DNA of 64,000 nt, taken from sequence record OR455461.1, one strand, 5' to 3'. Position numbers and translations under genes: made by a program. The notes beneath the pieces were generated by a model. That model had not been told where the DNA came from. It ran no database searches and saw nothing but the letters and a program-made list of their open reading frames with translations. How positions within the stretch are numbered: position 1 is the first letter of the stretch; every line of letters starts with the position of its first letter. Below are positions 20,915 through 31,012 of this stretch, piece after piece.

Positions 20915-22660
20915 TTGGAAAACAATAAAGTCGTAGAGAGAGAAGCTTTAAGAGAAGAAGATTTAAATTTGAATGAAATAGAAGAAAAGGTAGAAGAAAA
21001 GAAAGAAATACCTTTGTTATCTAGTAATGTTTTTAAATTAAAACCGGTTAAAGGTAATTTTGAGTTTACAAATAAGTATATTAATTCAATAGACTTAGAA
21101 ACTTATGAGAAAGAAGTAACTCAGAAAAATGGTAATAAGAAGATTGAAACTAAAATCATTCAGCGAGATGATATTGAAGAATTAATAAAATTTGTTGATG
21201 ATACTAATGATACATTATTCATTAATGTACATAAGATATTAAACAAACCTAATTTGAATACTGATTATGTTAATGACATATTTACAATCCAAATCAAACA
21301 ACGTTCTTATAAGAGTATATTAGAGTACATTGTCAATGACATGAATTTTATATTTAATGAAATACCACATATCATATTAAAATGTGCTAATATTTGTCAA
21401 AAAATATTTAGTAAAAAAGATGAATATAGTGAAGAAGAATTCTTCCAAGATATTCAAGATTTAATTGAAGATGAAGATTTAAGAAATGTTGTTTGTACTA
21501 TCGTTAATGATAATTATTCCATTGATTTAGATAAGACAAATGCTGAAGCAATGTTACAAAGTAAAAAAATCATTAAAAAAGATTTACAAGTTACAGACCA
21601 AGTCAATAAGTCATTTTTATCAACTGCATTATTGCAAAGATTTATTATACCTTTTATTAATCAGTATTATGTACTTACTAATAAATATCATTGTAAGAAT
21701 ACAGATGAAGATAAAGAGAGAACTAAGAATGGATATTTTAAAGCATTTAATTATTGTATGTGTATTACATCTTTAGATTATAATGTAGCTAATAATAATA
21801 AACTTTATAAGATAGTAGAACCTAAAGTAATTAAAACAAAATATAATGACAGAGTTATGTGGAAGTTTTTAGATTTACGTTCTATAGATCCAGATACAGT
21901 AATCAATAAAATAATGGATAAGATTATAAGACAAATAGTATGTAAATTATTAGTTGATACTTCTGCAGTATCTTATTTCACTTCTGTTATCAAATTCTCA
22001 ATAGATTATGAATTCCAATTCAAATATCCTATTAAGTTCAGATCAATTAAATTAACTACAGATGATGACGATGATGAAGATGGTTTTGATAAATTCCAAA
22101 TGAATAATTTCTTTAAGCAAAATGAAAGATTAGATATTGCTAATAAAATAACTATTGATCGTTATATCACTGAAAAATTAAAAGAATTAAATATCAGTGA
22201 AGAATATATTAAGCATTTATATGACAAATTTGATTATATAAATGATTTACAATCTCATTTAATTAAAGTTTATTTTGCTGAGCATTTTGATGTTAATACA
22301 AATGATAGAAAGAGCATTGTATCATTATTAGCAATTATGTCTAAAGAATTAATTGAAAATAATATGGATACTTTAGGTAAGATAGTTGCTTCAAAAGTAG
22401 TTTCTGGAACTAAAGCTAAGAATGTGGGTAAATTATCATTAGATGTTATTGCAGATAAATACTATGTATCTGCTTGGGATAAATATAAATTTATTAATGA
22501 TATTACTGAAAAAGATAATTTCATATTAAGAATTGCATTAGTTAATGGTTACAAGTTTAGTTATACTCCTGAAGATTTAAATTCTGAAGAAGAAGTAATT
22601 GCTGATATTGATAAAAAATATTTCATTTCTGAAGTATCACAATTTATATCAAATTATTAA
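20915..22660 (+). CDS. Probable promoter-specificity (sigma-like) subunit of the non-virion RNAP, AR9 gp226/phiKZ gp68-like
   Basis: Lies two genes after the chaperonin, mirroring AR9 gp228 (chaperonin) and gp226. Segment FLSTALLQRFIIPFINQY resembles this family as recalled. Early-type motif upstream. Confidence 0.5.
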   Translation: MENNKVVEREALREEDLNLNEIEEKVEEKKEIPLLSSNVFKLKPVKGNFEFTNKYINSIDLETYEKEVTQKNGNKKIETKIIQRDDIEELIKFVDDTNDTLFINVHKILNKPNLNTDYVNDIFTIQIKQRSYKSILEYIVNDMNFIFNEIPHIILKCANICQKIFSKKDEYSEEEFFQDIQDLIEDEDLRNVVCTIVNDNYSIDLDKTNAEAMLQSKKIIKKDLQVTDQVNKSFLSTALLQRFIIPFINQYYVLTNKYHCKNTDEDKERTKNGYFKAFNYCMCITSLDYNVANNNKLYKIVEPKVIKTKYNDRVMWKFLDLRSIDPDTVINKIMDKIIRQIVCKLLVDTSAVSYFTSVIKFSIDYEFQFKYPIKFRSIKLTTDDDDDEDGFDKFQMNNFFKQNERLDIANKITIDRYITEKLKELNISEEYIKHLYDKFDYINDLQSHLIKVYFAEHFDVNTNDRKSIVSLLAIMSKELIENNMDTLGKIVASKVVSGTKAKNVGKLSLDVIADKYYVSAWDKYKFINDITEKDNFILRIALVNGYKFSYTPEDLNSEEEVIADIDKKYFISEVSQFISNY

Positions 22661-22677
22661 AAAAAAAATAATTTTAA

Positions 22678-22710
22678 ATCCCATACACTCAATTATAGAG
22701 TGTATGGGAT
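22678..22710. terminator. Diverged palindrome-family hairpin between convergent genes
   Basis: ATCCCATACACTC/GAGTGTATGGGAT flanked by A and T tracts. Confidence 0.7.
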
Positions 22711-22725
22711 ATTTTTGTTTTTTTT

Positions 22726-23868
22726 TTAGTTTCTGTTAATTTCTCCTTCAAATAAATAATCTATATTTATAAATGAATTTATAAATAATTCATCATTAAG
22801 TCTTTTTATTTCTAAGGGATCATTAAAATCTATTATTTGAGAAGATAAAATATTTTGTATCTTACTCCCATCAATTTCATCAACAATGTGTTTTTGATCA
22901 AATAACTTAAAGCGTTTGATTAACTCTTCTAATTTTTCTTCTTTTAAATAATCTTTAAAAGTATCTCTTAAAAGTGTCTCATTATTATATTCTTTTAAAG
23001 GAGATAATTTTGTATCTTCTATCATTCTATCTAATAGTTTAATTGTAGTTACTGGACCATATCCAGATATAGATTTGTATTCTTGATCTTTATGATCTGA
23101 AAATAAGTTAAAAATATCTATGATACCAGAATCAATATTCATAAAATCATTAATATCTTTCTTTGTACTGGAACTGAATATTTCCCCTTTTATATTTTCT
23201 TTAGATATAACCTTGCTCTTTTCAGACCCTCGTAATTCTAAAAGTAATAGTCTATCTTTATAATCTAATAATTGTCTATATATTTTATCATTACTTACAA
23301 TTAAAGAATAATCATTTTCATTATCTATAGTTGTTTTTTCCATAATATAATAAGGTAATATAGTAGGTTCTATTTTATAAGTATCAATATAATATGCATT
23401 AGGTATATACTTTACGATTGTTTTAACTAATTCTAATGTTATTGATATAGTCTTATTTATATCTCTATAAGTTATATTATCTTCATTCATTTTCTTGTAG
23501 TATTCTTTTTTATAATCAGGATCAAATGAAGTGTGATATATTGATTCTTTATCTGAATAGAATAAAAAGAATCTAGAATGCATATTTAATCTACTTGCAA
23601 AGAAATGTCTATAATGTCCTATAATATTTACTAATTCAACAACTAAATTTAATCTATTTTTAGTTTTTAAATGAGTAAAATTCTCTGAAACTTGAGGAGA
23701 ATATAATTGCTTAATAACATTATTAATGTCTATATAAATGGTTACATTGTTGTTATTAGTATTTCCTCTAAATCTTCCTCCTTCTATATAAGGTCTAACC
23801 AATTCTGTCATTTTATTGTAATTTAATTTTTTAGAATTTATTATTCTTTCAATTATTTCTACATCCAT
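22726..23868 (-). CDS. 5'-3' exonuclease/flap endonuclease (T4 RNase H/PIN-like)
   Basis: IYIDINN, IEPT, LIVSNDK and helix-hairpin-helix SISGYGPVTTIKLL. Confidence 0.65.
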   Translation of the reverse strand: MDVEIIERIINSKKLNYNKMTELVRPYIEGGRFRGNTNNNNVTIYIDINNVIKQLYSPQVSENFTHLKTKNRLNLVVELVNIIGHYRHFFASRLNMHSRFFLFYSDKESIYHTSFDPDYKKEYYKKMNEDNITYRDINKTISITLELVKTIVKYIPNAYYIDTYKIEPTILPYYIMEKTTIDNENDYSLIVSNDKIYRQLLDYKDRLLLLELRGSEKSKVISKENIKGEIFSSSTKKDINDFMNIDSGIIDIFNLFSDHKDQEYKSISGYGPVTTIKLLDRMIEDTKLSPLKEYNNETLLRDTFKDYLKEEKLEELIKRFKLFDQKHIVDEIDGSKIQNILSSQIIDFNDPLEIKRLNDELFINSFINIDYLFEGEINRN

Positions 23869-23968
23869 TGATTATCTACATCCTTTCAGTATTATAATAT
23901 ATAATTAATTATTCATTTGTAAATTTATAAAAATCCATGTATAGCAATAACATCATTTTATTAATGAT

Positions 23969-25261
23969 ATGAAGAAGAAAGTCGGTGAAAAAGAGTTGAT
24001 AGAAAGTTTAGTAAGTAAGAAATTGTTTAATATAAAACTTATAGCATTATATTCTGATGGAACAACAGAAGATATTTCTCAGTATGTTAAACGTTCTAGA
24101 ATTGAAATGAACTTCCAAGAGTACATTATGCCTTATTATAGATTTATATTAAGACCTCCTAAAGAGACTATTATAAAAATAAATACAGATAGAGAAAAAG
24201 TTGTATTTTCATTTAGTTCTAATATGACAACTAATGATACAGAAGATGTTAAATTAGATGTTCCTTTTCATGAAGAAATAATTTTAAAACCCTTAATGGA
24301 TTTAAATAATATTATTGATTATGATGATAGAATTACTAAAGATGATAATGATCGTAAAAATCTATTTGATAGATATGAAATGGTTGCAATATCAGAAGAA
24401 ATATTAAAAACAAATAAACCTATAGTATCTGGTATATACAATAATTGTACTGTAAGTGAAGTAGTTACTGATTTATTATCTCAATTTAATAATAGGGATA
24501 TATATTTTCATGAAGTTGATAATAATAGAATATATGAACAGATAATGTTATTACCTGCAAATATATATGATAATCTTAAATTCATAGATGACGTTTATGG
24601 AATATATGACAGAGAGATAAAATTATTTAATCATCATACAGGTTTAAATATATTACCTATGTCAGGATTTGATCCTAATACAATTGGTAAAGTTAAAATA
24701 CAAGTTAGGTTTCCATCAAATCAAACTGATGAAGAAATAATAGAAGGTAGTTACGAACAGATAAATCAATTAGATGATACTATAAGAAATAAAAACATAA
24801 TAACTAAAATTAATAATGTTAGTTTAGTGGATAATACAAGATTATTTAATGAACTAGTTGGATCTGAAATAAATCTGTTTGGAATAGATAATGAAAATGA
24901 AGGAACAAAATTATCTACATACAGAAGAAAAATAGAAGATCGTAATGGAGAAGTTAATAAAGTTAAAGTATATGATGATATATTTGATAACGATTACAGT
25001 TTAAAGAAAGAATTCAATAATAGTAAAGATATAATATTAAGAATGCAATTAAATGATGTAGACCTAACATTAGAAGATACATTTAAACAATTTGACATAG
25101 AATTCTTTAATGATTACTATAAACATTATAATGGAATATATGAACTTCTTGGAGTTAATCAAGAGTTTAAAAATGCTAGTAAAGCATTAGTTTTAAGTAG
25201 CTTTATAACTTTAAGAAAAGTATCAGATCATTCTTTTACAAAAAATAATCCCAATACCTAA
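23969..25261 (+). CDS. Putative baseplate hub protein (gp27/late control D-like)
   Basis: Segments YNNCTVSEVVTDLL and QIMLLPANIYDNLKFIDDVYGIY resemble hub proteins; late motif at 23949-23960. Confidence 0.4.
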   Translation: MKKKVGEKELIESLVSKKLFNIKLIALYSDGTTEDISQYVKRSRIEMNFQEYIMPYYRFILRPPKETIIKINTDREKVVFSFSSNMTTNDTEDVKLDVPFHEEIILKPLMDLNNIIDYDDRITKDDNDRKNLFDRYEMVAISEEILKTNKPIVSGIYNNCTVSEVVTDLLSQFNNRDIYFHEVDNNRIYEQIMLLPANIYDNLKFIDDVYGIYDREIKLFNHHTGLNILPMSGFDPNTIGKVKIQVRFPSNQTDEEIIEGSYEQINQLDDTIRNKNIITKINNVSLVDNTRLFNELVGSEINLFGIDNENEGTKLSTYRRKIEDRNGEVNKVKVYDDIFDNDYSLKKEFNNSKDIILRMQLNDVDLTLEDTFKQFDIEFFNDYYKHYNGIYELLGVNQEFKNASKALVLSSFITLRKVSDHSFTKNNPNT

Positions 25262-25281
25262 TTTTAATTAAAGGTATTGGG
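25250..25281. repeat. Conserved palindrome copy between convergent genes
   Basis: CCCAATACCT-N12-AGGTATTGGG. Confidence 0.8.
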
Positions 25282-25288
25282 ATTTAAA

Positions 25289-26110
25289 TTATTGAAATGC
25301 TTTATTTCTTTGGGCATTTTCAGTTTCTACTAATTTTACACTTACACCAAAGTTAACAATAATGTTACTTAGAATGTAGTCTTGTTTTAAGAATTGTGTT
25401 GAAGCTTGACGATTCATACTGAATAATTTATTTGCTCTAGTAACGTAAGTTTTTTGTTCGTTTATTTTTTCTTTTCGGTCAGTTTTTCCTTTTTCTAATT
25501 CTTTGATTTCACCAATAGCAATTTTACTATCTTTTTGGATATCATCTTTTAGTTGTTTACATGTTTTAGCAGCACCTTTAGAGAATTTTACAAGTTGTTC
25601 ACTTTGTTTCAGTAATGTTTCAACATTTTTTAAATTACCTAAAGCGATGTGATCATCTTCTTCATTCGCACTGTTATTTTTCAATTCATCGTATTCTTTA
25701 TCAAAATCATCTGAATAGATCTTATTACTTAAATCAGTTAATTTCTTATAATTTTCTGATTTAGCTAATTTACCAATCGGTATTTCCATTTGTGATTTAG
25801 ATGCAACAAAATCTGCAATTAATTTTTTGTCTTGTTTAAGTTTAGCTAGAACTGTTGCAGCTAATTCATGTAATTTAGTTACTTTACCAAAATGTGCTAC
25901 AAAGAAAGTAGAGAATTTTTTCATAGCTTCTTGGATTGCCTTAACAATCTTAACAAAGAATTCTTTTAATTTTTTAACCGTTTTTTTAATGTTAGAATCT
26001 TTTTTATCTTTAACAACTTCTTGAACTGCTTCATTCATAGAAATTGATTCTGTAACTATTTCTATTTCTTCATTTAAAAAACTTTCTTCAATACTGACAT
26101 TTTTAATCAT
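25289..26110 (-). CDS. Internal head protein family member
   Basis: N-terminal LNEE/MNEA; amphipathic helix KLKEFFVKIVKAIQEAMKKFSTFF shared with the two neighbouring genes. Confidence 0.55.
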   Translation of the reverse strand: MIKNVSIEESFLNEEIEIVTESISMNEAVQEVVKDKKDSNIKKTVKKLKEFFVKIVKAIQEAMKKFSTFFVAHFGKVTKLHELAATVLAKLKQDKKLIADFVASKSQMEIPIGKLAKSENYKKLTDLSNKIYSDDFDKEYDELKNNSANEEDDHIALGNLKNVETLLKQSEQLVKFSKGAAKTCKQLKDDIQKDSKIAIGEIKELEKGKTDRKEKINEQKTYVTRANKLFSMNRQASTQFLKQDYILSNIIVNFGVSVKLVETENAQRNKAFQ

Positions 26111-26128
26111 CTTATATTTCCACCTTTT

Positions 26129-26866
26129 TTATTTTATATATTCTTCAACTTTACTTAATAACTCATTATGACTTTTTAATGAATTATTAATGACTTTTCT
26201 ATATAATATATTTAATTTGTTCAAGTCATTAACAAGTCTTTGATTTTCTTTTATTTTTTCAGCTTCAATTTCTTTAGTAGCAAATTTAATTGAAGTTTCG
26301 GAAGCACCTTTCATAGTGTCTGAAGATATTTTAAAAGATTTAGCAAAATTCTTTGAAGCATTAAACTGTTCAAATGATTTTTCAACTACATATTTTAAAT
26401 CTAATGACATTGTTAAAGGTATTTCTAAATAATGATTATTCTCATTTAGATCCATTTCAAATTCTTTGTATTTTAAATCAAAACTACTCTTACCTGCATG
26501 TTTTAATACATCTTCATATTTCTTAAGATCTTTAGCTTTCCATATATAAAATATAGATGCTGAACCAGATAAATTACTCATTGCAACATTTATATTTTCT
26601 TTATTCTTTTCTATTTTCTTAAGTATACTTTTTGTTTTTAGTGTAGTTCTATTAAAATGCGTATTAAAGAATTTCATAAATTTAACTAATGCATTCTTAA
26701 TAAGTGATAGTATATTTAGAAAGAATTCTTTAACCATTTCAAAGAAATCACCAACAGGGGATTCGTTTAAAGAATTTATATTTTCATTAAATAATATTGA
26801 TTCATTAACTATATTAATTTCTTCTTTAAGAATATCTTCCGTATAATTTTTATTAGATAATAAAAT
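26129..26866 (-). CDS. Internal head protein family member, probably starting at ATT (26866) rather than ATG (26737)
   Basis: A 43-codon open extension carries VNES/FNEN/LNES. AAAGGGG lies 7 nt before ATT, and an in-frame TAA is just upstream. Confidence 0.55.
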   Translation of the reverse strand: MLLSNKNYTEDILKEEINIVNESILFNENINSLNESPVGDFFEMVKEFFLNILSLIKNALVKFMKFFNTHFNRTTLKTKSILKKIEKNKENINVAMSNLSGSASIFYIWKAKDLKKYEDVLKHAGKSSFDLKYKEFEMDLNENNHYLEIPLTMSLDLKYVVEKSFEQFNASKNFAKSFKISSDTMKGASETSIKFATKEIEAEKIKENQRLVNDLNKLNILYRKVINNSLKSHNELLSKVEEYIK

Positions 26867-26893
26867 TTTAATACCCCTTTCTTATAAAAATAA

Positions 26894-26930
26894 ATTGACC
26901 TAATACCCAATTTAAAGGTATTAGGTCAAT
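26894..26930. repeat. Palindrome-family variant
   Basis: ATTGACCTAATACC/GGTATTAGGTCAAT. Confidence 0.7.
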
Positions 26931-26942
26931 AAAAATTATTTA

Positions 26943-27749
26943 TTATGCAGTTGCTGGTTTAGTTTCTTTTTTATCACTTTTTTTCCCGGCAGCATTGATA
27001 GCTTTAGCAGCCGAGAATGCAGTAGCTAAAGTTTGGTTAGAAAGTTTAATTGATTTAGATACAGCTGTACGAGATAATGAGTTAGCTTTACTAGCATTAG
27101 ATGCTACACGTTTTTTCTCATTAATAGCTTCTTTATCTTCTTTGGCAGCAGCAGCTACACCATCTTTAGCAGCTTGTTGAGCTGATTTATTAGTTTGAGA
27201 AACTAAGCTAGCTGCAGCCTTAACTTGTTTAACTGAACCGGCAGCAGCTTTAGCAGCCTTATCAGCTTCAGAGATTGTTTTAATTGAACCTTTTACAACA
27301 TTTGCCTCATCATTAAGACCAGATTTAGCATTTTCAAATCCACGATCAAAATGAGGACTATCAGCTTTAGCTAATTCTTGTAAGTTTTTCAAAGCACTTG
27401 GAGCTAATAAAGAATATTCTCTAGCTTCACTTAATTTAGCACCAGATTTAACTCCACTAATATATTTTTGAACGTTAACTACACGAGATTCTAATTTTTT
27501 ATACATTTCTACAAAGAAAGTAGTGAATTTTTTAAATGCTTCTGCAACAGCTTTAGCAATTTTAATAAAGAAATCTTTAGCTTTCTTAGCAAGTTCTCCT
27601 GCTTTTGAAGCTCCTTTTTCTTCTTCATCAGCTTCGTTTAAAGCATTAACGCTTTCTAAAACAAAAAGTTCTGTTTGAGATGCAGAAAGTTCTTCTTGTA
27701 AGAAAGACATTTCAAATGATTGATTTTGCAACATTATATTTTCCTCCAT
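26943..27749 (-). CDS. Internal head protein family member (Ala/Lys-rich)
   Basis: LNEA motif and paralogous helix KAKDFFIKIAKAVAEAFKKFTTFF. Confidence 0.55.
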   Translation of the reverse strand: MEENIMLQNQSFEMSFLQEELSASQTELFVLESVNALNEADEEEKGASKAGELAKKAKDFFIKIAKAVAEAFKKFTTFFVEMYKKLESRVVNVQKYISGVKSGAKLSEAREYSLLAPSALKNLQELAKADSPHFDRGFENAKSGLNDEANVVKGSIKTISEADKAAKAAAGSVKQVKAAASLVSQTNKSAQQAAKDGVAAAAKEDKEAINEKKRVASNASKANSLSRTAVSKSIKLSNQTLATAFSAAKAINAAGKKSDKKETKPATA

Positions 27750-27783
27750 TTATTTTTAATTTATTTTTAATTTATTTTGATAT

Positions 27784-28896
27784 TTAGAATTTAATATCAA
27801 AATCATTTTCTAATTCTTTACTGATTTCAGAATCTATTTTTTCAGATTCAGATCTAGCTTGAACTTCAGCTACACCGTCCTCAATATCTATTTTATCAGC
27901 TAATTTACTTAATCTTTCAGCCATTTTTTCCTGTTTCTCACGTGTTGTTTTATCAATATTATTATCTTTTTCACCTTCAATAATACTAACAGCGTCACGT
28001 AAGTATTCAGCAAAATCTGAACGGAATTTAATAAATTTAATATATGCTTGCTTTGTTGCCCACATTACTAACATGGACACAGCTAATGCACCAATACTAC
28101 CAAAGATAACTAAAGATGCTTTTTGAGATCTATTTAGTGCTGTTCCAGCTTCTTTTGCTTTATTTATTGTATCTTTGCTAATATCTGCATCCATAACTTT
28201 ACCAAAATTTTCTTTATATTTATCTTTATTTTTCATAAATGATTTATACATACTATCGAAGCTCTCATTAGTATTAACAATAGAGCCATCAATTTTAAAG
28301 ATATCTCTAAATTTTTTATTTTTTTCTATCATTAATATATTATTTAAAGTCTTTAATTCAATTGAATCTTTATTCTTCAATTTATTATTAGTAATTTCTA
28401 ATATTCCTTTTTCATTTTTCTCAAAACCTAAAAAGAATATTTGAGTCACAACTAATAAAGCTGAAGCTGCAATTGATGCATATGTTATCTGACCAATTTC
28501 ATTTCCATTAGTAAAACTTTTTTTGAAATCACTTTTATATTTTTCAAGCAATTTTACAGAATTCTCAACTGTATCAAAAGCAGAAACAATGGTAGGATTA
28601 AAACCTTTAGATTTTTGAACTTTTATGTAATTAAAAGTTTTTTCAAAATCTTTATATGCTTTAATTTTCTTAAAATCACCTTTACTAGAAAGAATTGATT
28701 TTAAGTTTTTGTTTCCAGATTTTTTCAACATTTTTTCAGACATTTTAGATAAAGAATTAGCGAATGCTTCCGCTTGTTCTTCAGGTTCTAAACGTTTAAA
28801 AGGTCTGAAGGGTAAAGAGAATTCCTGTAAAACTTTTTGAGACATCGCATTTTCATTCAAGAGATGTTTACGTTCAAGTTCCACAGAGAATTCCAC
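27784..28896 (-). CDS. Putative head-associated virion protein with one hydrophobic helix
   Basis: LLNEN and TNES motifs, hydrophobic segment LVIFGSIGALAVSMLVMW, late motif at 28980-28991. Confidence 0.5.
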   Translation of the reverse strand: MEFSVELERKHLLNENAMSQKVLQEFSLPFRPFKRLEPEEQAEAFANSLSKMSEKMLKKSGNKNLKSILSSKGDFKKIKAYKDFEKTFNYIKVQKSKGFNPTIVSAFDTVENSVKLLEKYKSDFKKSFTNGNEIGQITYASIAASALLVVTQIFFLGFEKNEKGILEITNNKLKNKDSIELKTLNNILMIEKNKKFRDIFKIDGSIVNTNESFDSMYKSFMKNKDKYKENFGKVMDADISKDTINKAKEAGTALNRSQKASLVIFGSIGALAVSMLVMWATKQAYIKFIKFRSDFAEYLRDAVSIIEGEKDNNIDKTTREKQEKMAERLSKLADKIDIEDGVAEVQARSESEKIDSEISKELENDFDIKF

Positions 28897-29061
28897 TTCC
28901 TTTCTAGTGTTAATTTATAATAAAAATAAAAATATAGAATCACTACACGCTAATATAATTTTTCTAATTTTATATTTTATAAATAAATGTTTAAAGTAAA
29001 TAAACCTTAATTTTCTTCGTTTTAAGATTTTGTATATATTTTTTAACTAAAACTTTCTAAT

Positions 29062-30591
29062 TTATCTTTTTAGTAATTTTTCTAATGCTTTTGAATCTAA
29101 ATCACCTTTTTTACTATCACTACTAACTTTAAGTGCACCAAGTTTATTTTGCTTAATGACTTCAAATTTACGATGATCTGGAAGGTATTTATAAACTATT
29201 TCTCTAGCTTCATCAATTACAATAAATTCTAATAAGAAGAATTCTTTATAGATTTTATCTACTGCACGTCTATCTGAAATTAAATCAATACCTGTCTTAC
29301 GCTTAACTTCTTGAACTTCATCAATACTAATCATTAATGCTGTTGTAGGAATATAGTTACCTGATCTAGAACGAGTAATACCACTAGCTCTATCAACTGT
29401 ATAAATAGAATTTAATTTATTCCAAATAGCTCCAGTACGTCCACGTTTAGAATCTCTAGCAATTTTCTTAGTTCTTTCAGTATCTAATAATAGATCTTTG
29501 AATAATCTTAATTCACCTGTAGTAAATTTAACTAATTTAGTTACAAGATTAGATTTTCTAGATTTATCAGATAGATAGAAAATTACATCTTCAGTTTTAA
29601 CAGGATGAACTACTGTCTTAACACCAAATTTAACTTGTTTAGTTGGATGTTTTACACCTTGTATTGCTTCACCTTTAGAATCTGTTAATAAGAATGTAAC
29701 TTCTGTAGTGACCATTGTAGGTAATGAAGAATTTAATTTATCTTTCTGAATAGTTGTAGTAGATCCAAATTTTTCAGAATACTCTTGTTGCATGTTATTA
29801 GTAACACCTTGCAGTTGTTCTAAACGTTCTTTGAATGCTTGAGCTAAAGGAAAACTGCCGTATGCAAAAGTAGTCCCATTATCTGCTTTCACTTCACGTG
29901 ATTCTTTTAATATATCAAATAATGAACGTGTACTATTGTCTCCTGTTTCTTTTAGATTTTTAAAGACAAATATCTCTTGTTCTCCTTTCTTCGTATCTAC
30001 ATAAATCGTAGCATCATAAGTATTATCATTTCTAGGATCTAAAGATTTCAAAAGTTCTTGTGTATCAAATTCAATAGATATTAAAGTTCCTTCTTCTTGA
30101 GGGTAGTCGTAATTAACAACCTCTTCATTTAATAAATCCATCTCTTCTTTAGTAATTGACATATCATTAATAGATGATAAATTAAATTTTTCATCCGGAG
30201 TTTCTATTAAATAATCATTGACACGTTTTATATCATTTGTTGTACTTTCGTTAAAGTTTACATTATTATGCAAATTACCCATAAATGAAGTAGAATCTTT
30301 AGGATTATATTCTTGTACTGCAGTATTAGTCAGTACAAAATCGAATTCATATGCTCTTTCTAATTCTAATTGATTTCTCATTAATTCTACTGTATCATTA
30401 TCAATAGAATCAGAAGTTACAAGTGGAAATTGTAATATGAAATCACCAGCTTTTCCTCTTAGTGATCTATCAAATGGTCTTTTTCGTTTATTGTTGTTTT
30501 TATAGTTACTGCTTACGTTACCAGGAGTTGTATCCTTAAGTAAACCAATAACATCTGAAAGTATATTTACTTTTTTAGCCAAAACTTTCAC
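29062..30591 (-). CDS. Putative virion (head) structural protein
   Basis: 509 aa, GTG start with RBS, late motif at 30621-30632, FNES/LNEE motifs. Confidence 0.5.
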   Translation of the reverse strand: MKVLAKKVNILSDVIGLLKDTTPGNVSSNYKNNNKRKRPFDRSLRGKAGDFILQFPLVTSDSIDNDTVELMRNQLELERAYEFDFVLTNTAVQEYNPKDSTSFMGNLHNNVNFNESTTNDIKRVNDYLIETPDEKFNLSSINDMSITKEEMDLLNEEVVNYDYPQEEGTLISIEFDTQELLKSLDPRNDNTYDATIYVDTKKGEQEIFVFKNLKETGDNSTRSLFDILKESREVKADNGTTFAYGSFPLAQAFKERLEQLQGVTNNMQQEYSEKFGSTTTIQKDKLNSSLPTMVTTEVTFLLTDSKGEAIQGVKHPTKQVKFGVKTVVHPVKTEDVIFYLSDKSRKSNLVTKLVKFTTGELRLFKDLLLDTERTKKIARDSKRGRTGAIWNKLNSIYTVDRASGITRSRSGNYIPTTALMISIDEVQEVKRKTGIDLISDRRAVDKIYKEFFLLEFIVIDEAREIVYKYLPDHRKFEVIKQNKLGALKVSSDSKKGDLDSKALEKLLKR

Positions 30592-30667
30592 TGCCTTCCT
30601 TATTTTTATTAAGATTTTTATAAAATTATGTTTGATGATGATTTTTAGTAAAAAAAGTAAAAAAAAA

Positions 30668-30711
30668 ATTAGCTATTAATGACTCCATTTAAGGAATCAC
30701 TAATAGCTAAT
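30668..30711 (-). terminator. Intrinsic terminator
   Basis: Stem ATTAGCTATTA...TAATAGCTAAT followed by a long U tract on the minus strand. Confidence 0.7.
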
Positions 30712-30868
30712 TTAAGATGAGCTGTTTTTAAATACTGTTATATTTAAGAAGGTTATCGCTTTGGGCTTTCGCCTGCCATACACTAGAAGCGATAAAATAC
30801 GTATATGACTACTTTCCTGTTTTCCGATACAGTTCCGTTCATTAAGTTTATCTATATTAATTAATATA

Positions 30869-31012
30869 TTAAATATCTCTAAATTTCTTAGGAATATATA
30901 ATAATTCATCTAAAATAAAATTTTCTGTACTCATATTTTTATCTTTATTCTTTATCTCACTGTGAACACTTTCATTCTTCTTTCTTAATTCCTTAATTTC
31001 TTCTAATGTCAT
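30869..31012 (-). CDS. Small charged protein (47 aa), MTLEEIKELRKKNESVHSEIKNKDKNMSTENFILDELLYIPKKFRDI
   Basis: Below the ORF-track cutoff; AGGGGA RBS upstream. Confidence 0.45.
   Translation of the reverse strand: MTLEEIKELRKKNESVHSEIKNKDKNMSTENFILDELLYIPKKFRDI

Noticed and set aside
30712-30909. 65-aa minus-strand ORF in the track
   Set aside because: No RBS, overlaps the better-supported 47-aa ORF in another frame, and runs through GC-rich RNA helices.
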